Positions 1 to 11,609 of a stretch of DNA of 64,000 nucleotides are shown one piece after another; position 1 is the stretch's first letter, and each line of letters opens with the position of its first letter. Position numbers and translations under genes: made by a program. This stretch comes from Eukaryota sp. TZLM1-RC (taxonomy: Eukaryota; Protista; Metamonada: BaSk clade): assembly GCA_040285825.1 (NCBI GenBank), contig JAUPSS010000002.1, positions 1 to 64,000 on the forward strand, written 5' to 3'. The notes under the pieces were generated by a model, which ran no database searches, was not told the DNA's origin, and was given only the letters and a program-made list of their open reading frames with translations.

Positions 1-896
1 AAGGCTGCAAATATTTGATTACTAATATCATTGTCAATATGCTTAATTTGATTTAACTTTTCAATCAAAGGGATTTCTGAATCAATGTCTTCGGGACAAG
101 AAACTATAGACTGCTGTCCAGTGTTGAGCAGATTCAATGAGGAGCTTAAACAGTTAGTTTCTGTTTGACTTTCCAATACTGATTGATCAAGCAAAAGATT
201 GACTTTACGATGATCATTGTCCAAGCATTGAAATTCTTGAACTAAATTATTCCAGTTATTTTGAATATTTTCCAAAAAATGATGTGTCGAAGTTTCCTGA
301 CAAACTAATGAAGAAGTTAAAAATTGTGATTGGCGAAGCAAAAGTGCTAAATTGACGGTAGATATTGGATAAGTCTTTGGGTTAGAGTCAGGGTTAGGTT
401 TAGGGTTAATGTTAGGGTCAGAGAGCGACGATATAACTTGAAGTTGTAAATTGACCAAAGAAGAAAGATTTTCATTGGCTTTCTCCAAAGAATTGATTCG
501 TGAAAGTAACACATTGTTCTGGCGTATGAGACTTTGAATTTGGTCATTATTTTGCAAAAAGTCAACAGTGTCAACAGAGATATCAGACACACACTGCTGG
601 GAAGGAGTACTTGATTGGGAAGAAATAGATGGTGAAGGAGTGTATGTTGAAGAGTTGGTGTCATTTACAGGATGTTCCGGTGGAGGAGGAGAAAGTGCGA
701 TTTTAACTGAAGAAATAGATGTCCTGGGATGTTTGGGTTTAAAAGAGGGTAGTGAAATAGGTTGATTATCAGAAGTAAGGTTATTGAAACGTTGAGGAGG
801 ACTCTGTATTGATGGTAGCTGACTTCTCATAAGTTTAATACGTTGTTCAGCTTCAAAGATAGAGTTCTGCAGTTCGGAAATCCGCTTAGATGCCAT
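1..896 (-). CDS. Hypothetical protein, partial (runs off the left edge); Ser/Pro-rich N-terminus then coiled-coil-like segment
   Basis: Not in the ORF track because it has no stop in the window. Manual translation from ATG at 896 gives 298 open codons: MASKRISELQNSIFEAEQRIKLMRSQLPSIQSPPQ...LIRQNNVLLSRINSLEKANENL...IDNDISNQIFAA. Confidence 0.7.
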   Translation of the reverse strand, partial: MASKRISELQNSIFEAEQRIKLMRSQLPSIQSPPQRFNNLTSDNQPISLPSFKPKHPRTSISSVKIALSPPPPEHPVNDTNSSTYTPSPSISSQSSTPSQQCVSDISVDTVDFLQNNDQIQSLIRQNNVLLSRINSLEKANENLSSLVNLQLQVISSLSDPNINPKPNPDSNPKTYPISTVNLALLLRQSQFLTSSLVCQETSTHHFLENIQNNWNNLVQEFQCLDNDHRKVNLLLDQSVLESQTETNCLSSSLNLLNTGQQSIVSCPEDIDSEIPLIEKLNQIKHIDNDISNQIFAA

Positions 897-1240
897 TCTT
901 ACATAAATTGTATAACAATGGAATAAGTGTCCTTCAATACCAAGATTGGGTTTTGAGAAAAGTTCCTTTTTCCTGAGGGCTATCCCTTTTAAACCTTCAT
1001 CAACATTGGTTCCCTGCAGGTGTGCTGGTCTTTCTCGACCATTCTGATGTAGCTTTACAACTGCAGACAATTTTAGTGAAGCATTTCGAAATAATTTCTG
1101 CCGACCTTCACATTATTTAAACATGGTAAGCCCGTGTTGAAGAGTCGTCTCGTGTCTATTCCATCATCCCGGAGTTATACACCTATAAGATAGCTTTTTC
1201 TATTTGCGCTCTTACAATTGAAAGTTTCAATGTACGAATA
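897..1240 (-). pseudogene. Fanzor (TnpB-like) C-terminal relic plus right-end module abutting the ATG at 896
   Basis: Minus-strand translation NRHETTLQHGLTMFK*CEGRQKLFRNASLKLSAVVKLHQNGRERPAHLQ fits the Fanzor C-terminus (HGL-x-C, RD-x-NA-x-NI, G-x-x-RP-x-x-L). 992-1021 is 27/30 identical to 50160-50189. Confidence 0.75.
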
Positions 1241-2499
1241 GTACACTTTGACCTTATTGTATGTATTTTATTTTTTATATTGTATTGCATGAAATCATTT
1301 CAGCTTTTTTGTATTTTGTTTTTGGTAATTTTGGTAGCTTAACACCTCAAAGTGGGTTGTTTTACATCGAATAGGGAACTACCACTTCTATTCAGAAAAT
1401 TCAAAGGACTAAATATAGTAATAAGAGCTAATCACTGCTCACTGGTTACTGGTTACCTTTTGTTCTCTTCTTACCAGCTATAGGTGACACACATCGCAAA
1501 ATCAACTGTTGTCAACTTCTGCATTCATAGATAGAAGCGTATTATCCTGAGTAATTGCTTTTATGATATCTTGAGGTTCCTTTCTATGGACAGTTCAAAT
1601 TGCATCTGGTCAGCAAAATTCACGTAATTCGTTAAAAATTAGAAACATGTCATGTGTTCATGCACTTGTTAGGGTGTAACATAGGTAAGATCACTTAAAG
1701 CAGCCATTCATGCCAAGATTGAAGACGCGCGACTTCATCATTATTAAATTATTGAAATGTGCATCAAATCACGGTGTCTGTACTGTTCAAGTATTATTAC
1801 CAGACTGTTTACCAGAATATGTTTGCAAGTGTTGAAGCCAGAATGTGTGATAATGAAAGGCCTCAGTATCTGTCTAGTAGATAGTTTTTGTAATTATTTC
1901 ACACGATCAATGATCGTGTACTTCTGGGGAATTTCCCCATTTCAGATAAAAATGTGTATTTTGTAATGTTAAAATTGGTGCTGAGTTTCACAATTGTAAT
2001 TTTACACCTTAAAAAGAACTCATTATGAACCAAATTGAGATTCATACACAAATACATAATAAACATACACAGGTATGGTTATTAGATTACGATCTGCCAT
2101 TCAAACATTGTCAAAACAATGATTGTAGGGTGAATCATTGAATAGATAACCTTGGAAAGCTGGTTGTATTTGGTCAAAACAGGTTCATGTTGTCTGAAAC
2201 TGTGCGACGAAAAAGTTCGCTAAAATAGGAACCAAGAAACATTCCGGTACCCATGGCTGGTAGCTGTGCCCCTAGTAAGATGGAGTTGGACATTGTACTT
2301 AAGATAAGGTGAGTTGAAAGAGCACATGATGTATTGGAATATTGAGACAACTTCTCACAACTTGTGTAAAACACCAGAATGTAAAAGGAAACGGAACCCA
2401 AAAGTGGAAATGGAAGTGGAATGGATTCCACTTTGCCAAGACTAGTTTATGGGGTGAGTGAAAAGTGAGGGAAAAGTGAAAACTTTTTTTAAAAAATTT

Positions 2500-3750
2500 C
2501 ATTTATTTCAATAAAAAACTATACGGCAAAGTTAAAGCTCTATATCTTCATTACCCAAATCAGCCAAGAAGAATTGACTGGAAGTTTTTCTTTCATAAAA
2601 GCGTCCAAGAAATAACAAAGCTGAAGATAATAATGGAACAACACCTTTGAAAATTGAAAATACAATTCTGTTTTGCCAAAAACTCTTGTCAAAAACTCTT
2701 CCAGTACGTTGTTTAACAATTTTAACAAAATCGTCCAAGAAAGATAAAGCAAGAGGTCCAAGCGAGCCATGAAGGGAAACTGCAAATGGACAGAGGACAA
2801 AAATGAGTATGTGATTCTGCATTCAAGGATAACAATTTTGCTTTATATTTGTCCATTTTGGCTTTTTCAGAAACAGTTAAGGTAGTCCTTATATTTTGAT
2901 TGAGCCACTGGTTATAAAAGGATCATTACACACATCAGTGGATCCCACATCCGTAATAATGGTAGTACCTTCAAGAACTTCAAGCATTAAATTACCCCTA
3001 TTTCGGCCAAAAAAAATTAAAGTATCTTCATCAACCAAACGGGAGAGTAATGGTTCTTAATAGGAAACAATTCTATGTGATTTTGTTATACAATGGAGTT
3101 GATCTCTTACTGCATCATGAACTTTTGATCAGAAAGTAACAAAATGTTTACAATTGAATAGATGATTTGGAGAAATTTTTGATCCACATTTACAAATCAA
3201 ATTATGAGACACGTTATCAGGCCAAAGAAAACATTGAAGGCGCATTGTACAAGAAAATTCGGTATCATCTAAAAGAAGACCATAAATTTGAGGAATCTGA
3301 GTAATACGAAGAGGAACTGTTTTGGGCATCTAACAAAAAATTCGCGAAAGCGGGATTATTTTTTTTGGCTGAGCCAAGACGAACATTAAATCCAAGCCTT
3401 CGAAAATTATTGTTAATTTTTGTTGCAATTTTTTAACACAATACCTCAAATTAACTAGTGTTCTAGATGGTATTTCCTGCACATTATTGGGAAAACATTT
3501 ACTCCAGATTTCAGGGGGCAAACAATCAAGAGCATTACCAAAGTCTTTTAGATAGTTGTTGCTTGTAAAATTCAATCAATTAACATCATTTGGAAAACGA
3601 TTCCAAAATTCAAAAACAAATTTTTTCCCTCCACCAAGAAAAGCAGCTTGACAGAGAATAGACGATTTAGTGAAATTAATTCCACCAAAATCAGATGATG
3701 AAAATACATGACTTCGAATTAGTTCAGGATTGACATCAATCAAAGATACA
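2500..3750 (-). mobile_element. Degenerate CRE-like non-LTR retrotransposon, 3' half (family C)
   Basis: Broken ORFs 3330-3575, 3129-3329 (CKC...HLFNCKHF) and 2532-2822 (PFAVSLHG...FWQNRIVFSIFKG) are homologous to the endonuclease ORF 4213-5421. Boundaries approximate. Confidence 0.8.
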
Positions 3751-4183
3751 ATTAAGATGAAAAGTGAAAACCTGCCAAAACCAAGTTGAAGGTTGTAAAC
3801 CTGTCAAAACAGGCAATCAGAAGTCGAGAATGGGGAGACAAGTGCAAAGTTTGATAAAGAAGCTCATTATTTTCACTACATGTCAGACGCACTACCTGTA
3901 CCAAAGATGATTCAGGATTATATGGATTCGCTGCTGAGTGAAACCATCCAGGAGCAAGCTTGTATTGAGTCCTACTTGGAGCTCCATGCCAGTCCTCCTG
4001 AGATTCCACCTTCACATGTGAGTTCTTGTTCAACCAAATGTAACAAGGGAACTTTTTCTCATGAAGACTCTCCTTACCATTTGGTTGAAAATACACTAAT
4101 TGGTCAGATTGACTCTTCCTCTGTTTTGGTTGAGAAGGGTTAATGTGTCCAAGTAGTCCATCATGAAGTTTTTAAAAATTGTT

Positions 4184-7072
4184 TTTTTTTAAAATTTAAT
4201 TTTATTCTAAACCTATAAATCAACATCTAAAAAATCCATCTCTCCCAAAACAAAAACACTAGATGCAACTCTCTCATAGTGAGATCCAAGAGAAAGCAAA
4301 GCATCAGAAACCATCTTCAACATCCCCTTAAAAATAGAAAACACAATTCTATTTTGCCAAAACAATCTGTTGAAATTTCTGCCAGTTCTTCTCTTTACAA
4401 TCATTTCAAAATCATCCAAAAAACGTAAAGCAGTTGGTGCAAGTGAACCAAAAAGGGAAAATACAAATGGATACAAATTGTATTTTGCATGCTGTAGACT
4501 GGCCAATTTGGACAAAGGTTCATTGTATTTTTTGAATTTAAAATTTTCAGCATTTGAAAGGGGATTATGAATTTCAGAATTAACAAGCCTTTCATTTGAG
4601 GCATTACAAGGATCAACAGACATTACATCCAATAAAATAAAGCTTCCATCTAATCCAGGTAATATGACATCACCTCTATTATTCTTATGAAAATCATTTT
4701 CAGCATCAAACAGATTTGACAACAGAGGTTCCAAGAAGGATTCAATTCTATGAGATTTACACATACAATATAACTGGTCTCTTACAGCATCATGAACCGT
4801 GCTTCTAAAAGTAATAAAATGTTTACAATTTAACAAATGAGTAGTTGTAATTTCTCGAGAACATTTACAAATTAAATTATGAGGTAAATTATCAGGCCAG
4901 ATAAAGGAACGAAATCTCATATTCAGAGTCCAAGCAGAATCGGATAAGAGAGTACCATATACTTGTGGAATTGTTGTTACTAAGGCAGAAGATGTACTGT
5001 CACACATATCTTGTAAAAGATTTGCAAAAGCGGGATTCTTTTTCTTGGCCAAGCCAAGTCTAACATCAAAATCCAAGCTTTCAAAAATCTTTGACAATTT
5101 TTGTTGAAGCTTTTTACAGCAAAACTGTAAATTAAATAGAGATCGGTTTGGAATTTCTTGAATTGATTGAGGAAAACATTTGGTCCAAATTTGTGGCGGT
5201 AATTTTTCAAGTTCACAAGATAACTCATACAAATAGGGACTACAATTGGGGACTAACAGATGAGAATCATCAGGAAATCTACGAGAAAATTCATAAATAA
5301 AATTTTTGCCACCACCCAAGAATGCTGATTGACACAAAATTGAAGATTTAGTAAAACCAATACCACCCAAATTTGCTGAAGAAAATAAATGGCTTTTCAA
5401 CATTCCTGGTTCTACATCCAATAAATCAGCAAAAAAATTCTGTTCTCAATGAATTAAAAGAACGACAAAAATCTAATGCTATGGAAGGAGCACAAGATCT
5501 CAAAAATGTGGGTTATTCTCCCAGTGTAGCAAATTTTTAAGCATGAAAAATTGAATATGCTTTTTCTATATCTAAAGAAGAAATTGAATCAAGTTCAATT
5601 TTCATTTTTTTCCAAAATAACTTGCAATTCATTCTGAATTTGAGGCACATTTCCTAACCAACAACCAAGGAACTTAAAAGCATCACTACTATAATTAGTA
5701 AAAGGGACAATAGAATCGTTTATCACGAGGTCTTGAGCAGAAGAGCCAATCAGAAGGCATTTGCTGGCATTAAGATGAAGCCCAATATTTTCATATGAAT
5801 CGGCAATTTCTTGAGCAACCAATTCTAGTAAATCAAATGAACCAATCAAGGATATATCATCCATATAAGCAACTATTTTTATTGAAGGGTATTTTTGCTT
5901 AATGATATTTAAAGTTTTGTGAATAGCTAAACAAAACAATAATGGGCCTAAAGGATCTCCCTGCTTCACTCCAGAAGATGATTTAAGACCAAATGAATTA
6001 AAAATTAAATCTGATTTTTTCCCATAAAAATGGTAGAAAAAACTCGATAGCTCAGGAAAATCAGATTTAATAACTTCAAAAATTGCTTCTCGCTTTACAG
6101 AATTAAAAGCATTTTTAGAGTCGAGATTAAAAATAAAATTATTTTCCTCTGCATTAAAAAAGGTATCAGAGGCAATAGCAGCAACAGAAGCACCATCAAT
6201 TGTTTTGATTCCAAATTGATGAGGATTCAAAAATGTAGAAGCTTTGTCTTTGACACGATCGAAGACAATTGATGCTAGCAAACGAGAAAGAGATTCACCA
6301 ACAGCAATTGGGCGTATTCCATCAGATTTAATTCCGTTTCCAGGCTTTACTAAAGCAATCAGACGTGCTGCGAGTAATTCAAATGGAGGATTAATTTTCA
6401 AAACAATCAATTGTTGAAAATAGTGGGCTAGATCATCAGCAATTTCGGGAGCACTGGAACACGCTATTTTTAACAGATCAAAAGAAATTCCAGATGGGCC
6501 TGCTGCTTTCCCCTTTGGCAATTTTTGAATAGCTTTAAGAACTTCAATTGCAGTAATAGGATTTTCAATCCAAAAAGGACACACTTCAGGCTTGCTGCAC
6601 TTGAAATTTTCTTGAGGATGCAACTTTTGAAGTTTTTCAAGGGTATCAGAGTTTGCATCAGTCAAAGAAGAGGAAAACAAAGACTGCTTTGCGGCACCAT
6701 AACGACCACGTAAGCACAATTTACGGCAAATTTTTGATTTTACAATTTTTCTATTTCCAAATTTTTTTCTTAAAACAATTTTTGTTTTTTCTAGCAAAAT
6801 ATTTCCAGAAGGATGAAATATTCCACTTATTATTTTTCAATTCAGAAGTAAAATTTCTCATTTCCATTGAGAAGGGGATTGTGCTGGCGGGACTTATTTC
6901 TACTGGGATCCGGATCGGGGGTCTTACGGTATCAACGGCTTTACAATTCGTACAAAACAGAAGTTTTCGACCATTTCGTGAATCTGCAACATCTTTTTTG
7001 CAAAATGGACAACAAAAATTACTGTTTTCAGAAGGGGAAGAAGAGGGAACACTAGAAGCATTTAACAGTTGA
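4184..7072 (-). mobile_element. CRE-like non-LTR retrotransposon (family A), 5'-truncated, RT + restriction-like endonuclease
   Basis: RT ORF 5595-6797 (IRPIAVGE, GVKQGDPLGPLLF, YMDD). ORF 4213-5421 has CKC...HLLNC, RGDV...LDV...KY, PFVFSLFG. Short poly(A) at 4182-4190. TSD TTTTAAAAATTGTT at 4170-4183 and 7073-7086. Frameshifts fall at homopolymer runs. Confidence 0.9.
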
Positions 7073-7120
7073 TTTTAAAAATTGTTGTTTCATTAAATGT
7101 TCAACATTATTGATTAATAT

Positions 7121-8206
7121 CATGGCTGCGAATTTCATAATTAATTAATTTGCGAATTTAATAATTACGAGCCATAATTACGTAATTATGTAGACCCCCA
7201 TTTTGTAACTGAAATCTATAATTATGTAATTATAGAAACTTAAACAATAGTTACTAGACATAATTTCTTAAACGTCATCTTTATCTTCTCATATCTCCTT
7301 GGCAGCACGTGCTGCAGAAACAATAATTTACTGCCAATGTCGGCGTTTTGAGAGATCCTATGTGGACCATGGTTCTCATCAAGAACAAGCGCGGTTCCAC
7401 AATGGATTTCTTTTGTAAGGAGTGCGGAGACGTCAAACTCAACACTAATAGCACGCGGTTCAAACAATCTCATCTCTTATTATGTCGCTCTTGAAAGGAA
7501 ACATCTCAACTCAATCAACTCAACTCTCATGAAAGCCTAAGACAAAAAAGCAACCAACAGAAAAAACTTGACCATGAAGTCACCAGTTATACTTACATCA
7601 ATGGTTTCATTAGTTTGCAACATTCAATTGTATACTTTTTGATTTTTTACTATTTTTACAATTTTATGTTTAAAAATTAATAAACTCAATTAATTCAAAT
7701 ATATACAAAATCAATTGAAAATGTAATCATGAGTATGTATTGACCAAGTAACACATAGCCAACAATATTCACACACAACTCCATATCTTGGTAGAAGAGC
7801 ATCCGTCAAGTGCACAATTGGAAGGTGATTTTGTTCCCAACGTCTGCGAGGAGATTGACTTATCGGAAGAGCTAGATATGTCTGATGTTGATAAAGTAGT
7901 CGTAAATAGATCAGTAGAGGTTGAGATCATCGATGAAGACGGATTTGGTGAAGCAAATGAGAATTGTAATGTGGACCTCTATGTTACAATGTGCTCTAGG
8001 AAACGTTTGACTAGAGATAGAAATGATGCTTGAGTGCTGCTTTAGTTTTAACTTATTTTTTGTAATACAGTAACCTCTCTATAACTTTTAATTGTAATTC
8101 ATTAAACGGAATTATCAAGGACACAATTATAAAATTACGCTTTTATAATTATAAAGTACATAATTATAGTAATTACGAAAATAGAATTATGTAATTCGCA
8201 GTCATG
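7121..8206. mobile_element. Non-autonomous hAT-like DNA transposon
   Basis: 22-bp TIRs CATGGCTGCGAATTTCATAATT / CATGACTGCGAATTACATAATT (20/22). 8-bp TSD ATTAATAT (7113-7120) / ATTAATAA (8207-8214). Many subterminal AATTAY repeats. No intact transposase. Confidence 0.8.
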
Positions 8207-8479
8207 ATTAATAAACATTTTATAAATCCTTCAAGACAACACATTATCTATGAATTTGCTGGTCGTGTCTGGGGCACGAACCTGGAAACTGAATGTGTTT
8301 CACACATCAGTGTTTCCACCCACAGCCTCTTTATAGAAGGGAGCAATTCATTTTGTGTTTATTTTGGAGAGATTGATGACCTATCTGATAAAATATTGTA
8401 TAATTTTTTTATTAAAATAATATAAATTGAATTCCTTTTAATAATAACAATATATATTTTGAAAAAATTAATTTAATAG

Positions 8480-9001
8480 GTGGAAGGCAACAAAGTGATG
8501 ATGTTAAAGACAGGTAGTTGATGAACAAATCACTGATTCGATCAACAACTTTATCAATCATTCATCAACTCCAATGTCACATCACAAAATACTTGTTTGG
8601 CCCATCGCATCAGCCCCATTGTTTTTTAGGGGATTTGTTCAAGAGGATTTTTGCTCACAATTGATCAATTCTGGTGACGAAGAAAACACATCGATTCTTC
8701 TACCCTATAATGATGCACTTCATCAATCAAATTTGATTGTATCTGGTGACGAACAATTTACCATTGGTCAACATTAGGTACTTGCTGCATTCTGGATCAA
8801 ATCCAGAACAGTAACAGCTTTTCTTTTTGATAGTCTTCGTCATAATGAAGAACAACATCAAAAAAATAATTCAATAATTTTTGAAAAACATGGAATCAAT
8901 ATTAGTCAAAATTTATGTGAATTTTTTCAATCTAATTTGTATAATTGTGAAATATTCACCATATTGTTTGCAAAAAGAATGAACTATTTGTATTTGTCAA
9001 A
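8480..9001 (+). pseudogene. Ulp1/C48-like cysteine protease relic (probably transposon cargo)
   Basis: Reading ORF 8574-8777 through its TAG gives GQH*VLAAF...FLFDSL...FQSNLYNCEIFTILFA, the H(W)-D-Q-C order of Ulp1 proteases, with Trp mutated to a stop. Confidence 0.6.
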
Positions 9002-11585
9002 TCAGCTTCCAGAGGAAATTGGCTCAAGTTCTTTCCAAATTATTCCGGCTTTAGCTTTCTCATAAGCATCGGTATACATTGCAATGTTACTATCAGAATC
9101 AGGTAAGGCAAGAAGCAGGCTGTTTACAATCATGTTCTTGTTCTGGAAGTTTTTCAACTTAGCGGGACTCAAGCGAATTTTACGGGGTTTGTTGCAGAGC
9201 AAAGCGCTCAAAGGTTCTATTTCAGCCGACACAGATGGGTGCTAGTCGCGAAAAAATTTACAAAACCAATAAAAAATTGAAGTTCAAAAACCGAAGTAGG
9301 GGGCTTGCTTAGTAATGGCTTCGATTTTTGTGGGGTCAATTCGACGTTGGCCATTCTCAAAAACGAAACCAAGGACCTTAATTGGATGTTTTTTAGTTTA
9401 GAAGGAGCACTTATGGAGACCAATTCGGATTCTTAGCGGGCGACTTGCTCAAAGTTGAATTTTAAACGGGCTAGGAAGTCTGTCTTGTTCGATGAAGCTA
9501 CGATTATATCATCCATAAAGATGAATACTCTTTCAAACTTAAATATTTTCTTCATTAGGTTCTGGAAGATGACAGGAACGTTCCAAAGTCCAAAGGCGGC
9601 ACGAGTGTACTTAATTTTCCGGCCTGGGATATCAATAGCAGACTTCTCTTGGTTATGTGGATGAAGGTTTAGCTGTCAAAAAGTCTTTGGCAGATCTAGA
9701 GTTGCGATGAATTCAGAGTCGAAGAGGAACTGGCAGATGTCAGTAATTCGGAACAATTCAGCCAAAAAATAAACAGAAAGTTCATTAACACCATCAGAGC
9801 CGGAATAATCACCAGTTAATTTTGGGGTTTTATCAGCGCGTTGAACAAGACAAATTGGATAGCTCCAGGAGCCATGTAAAACACGACGAATTCATTGTTG
9901 ATCAGAGTGTCAACGTCTTTGTTAACTACCTTGGGCTTGTCAGGAGCTAGATAGCGGAACTTTTTGCTCACTATCTTAGACTCATTATGGAATGGAATTC
10001 GCATAATTGGATAGTCAATGCCTTGAGGGTCAGTACCTGAAAAGTAGGAATCGGACTGATTCTTCTAATTCAAGGTCGTTTAAATTGAAGGATGCTTTAT
10101 CGAGATCTAGCAGGGAGGAAACAGTGGACACTTTTATGGTTTTTAGCAGAATGAATACTCTGATTAACACTTCGGCGAGTGTTATGCTTCTTGAAGAAAA
10201 AAGGCTGATAACATCCTTGGGGACAACGAGGTTTCTGACTAGCTTTGCAGCGAGACTTAGGGCAGTCTTTGATCAAATGTCCATTCTGTTCACAATAATA
10301 ACAGGCAACGACGGGGGAGACTTGGTGGGGAATAGAGTAACTAGATCTTTGGAAATGAGACGAAGGAGGCTGATTTCCAGAAGAAGGGGCTGAGCGCGAA
10401 AGGGAGTTACGGAGCTGAGGAGTTCTACGGATTGAGGAGGAAGGGAAAATTTGGGGAGAGGAACGAAAATCTCTAGCAGCAGTAGAAGCAGTGTCTTTAT
10501 TAACATTGTAGGCTGAGTAAGGGAGATGATAAGCAGGGTTAAGCTCACAAAGGCGAGAGACAAAAGAGGGGAAGCTATAGATGATCCCGACTTTTATATC
10601 AATCTTGTTGATGTGCTTGAGCTTTTCAGGGCCGCTTCCGGTGGAAAAAAACTTCATCTTAAATAGTTTAGTGGGAGGAGTGGGACATAAGCGGACAGGC
10701 TTCAGGAACTGAAAAATAAAGAAAACGACGGCTTCATCAACTGTGAAAGCAGGGAAACTAAGGCGAAGGGACTGGAATCGTTGGTAGACGCTGACAGGGT
10801 CTTCGAACTTACACATGGACAGGAGATGGGTCAGAATGGAGAAAAAACTTCTATGGTCTATGCCATTACAGATTTCAAAAGTATTCAAAACAAGTGGAAC
10901 GATTGTACAGGGAATATAAGGTAGCATGGCTTGGGAATAGTGGTTTTCTTCTGAGCTGAGTCGTTGCTCGTAGGAGGCTAATCCAGAGCGAGCAGGAGGA
11001 GCTTGTTTTGTCAAAAGGATCCTCGGGAACACAAGAGGAAACGGGGGTTGAGCAGCTGTTTTGCAACATTGGCTCGGTATCCGTATTGGAGGCTTCTTCT
11101 TGTTGATGAGGTTCAAAACAGATTTGAGATAATCTACTTTTGTCTCAAAGGAGATAGATCTTCTATTTCCTTTGACATGGCGAATATGGTAGCGCTTTGT
11201 TCAAAAACAGGGGACGGACGGGAGGCTTCTCTAGTGGAGGAGGACTGAGAATGAGTGGCGGGAGGGTATTTTGTCATGTCTAACATGACATGAGCTGACA
11301 TACGCTGTGCGTAAACCTTGATTGCTTCTACATAGCGGGAGACGAACTCTCGACTGTTATGGTGCAGAAAAGGAGCAATTAGGTTAGCGGAGTTCTGGGC
11401 GGGATTCAGAGGCAGGACGGATTCCCTACGGGTGCCAGTTATTACTGTTGCTTTATGTGAACTAAACATAAACTATCAAACGGAGGTTTATGGACAAAAT
11501 TTAAGAAATCAATTAAATAATACAATAACATGAAGTAAGACCTATGATAACGTGATCCTCTTTCTAAAAGAGAAAGTTACGTTAA
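9002..11585 (-). mobile_element. Degenerate Ty3/Gypsy LTR retrotransposon (family 2)
   Basis: gag pieces 11134-11469 and 10097-11116 (CYYCEQNGHLIKDC) are homologous to 62636-63987. RT and RNase H remnants at 9002-10004 (FFIGFVNFF, MYTDA). LTR-like relic at about 11481-11585 resembles 62538-62617. Confidence 0.8.
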
Positions 11586-11609
11586 GCCACTGCTAACCTT
11601 TGACCATTT

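Noticed and set aside
378-422. TTAGGG-like repeats suggesting an interstitial telomere
   Set aside because: Degenerate, and fully explained as DPNINPKPNPDSNP codons of the minus-strand gene.
347-765. Track ORFs 347-664 (-) and 568-765 (+)
   Set aside because: Shadow frames of the longer open minus-strand frame 1-896.
1500-2000. Possible PIF1/Helitron helicase remnant (QSWHEWLL, EQYRHRD) on the minus strand
   Set aside because: Too fragmented; no Walker motifs seen.
3752-4143. ORFs 3752-4096 (-) and 3880-4143 (+)
   Set aside because: Coding-like composition but no recognisable motif; possibly a pseudogene fragment.
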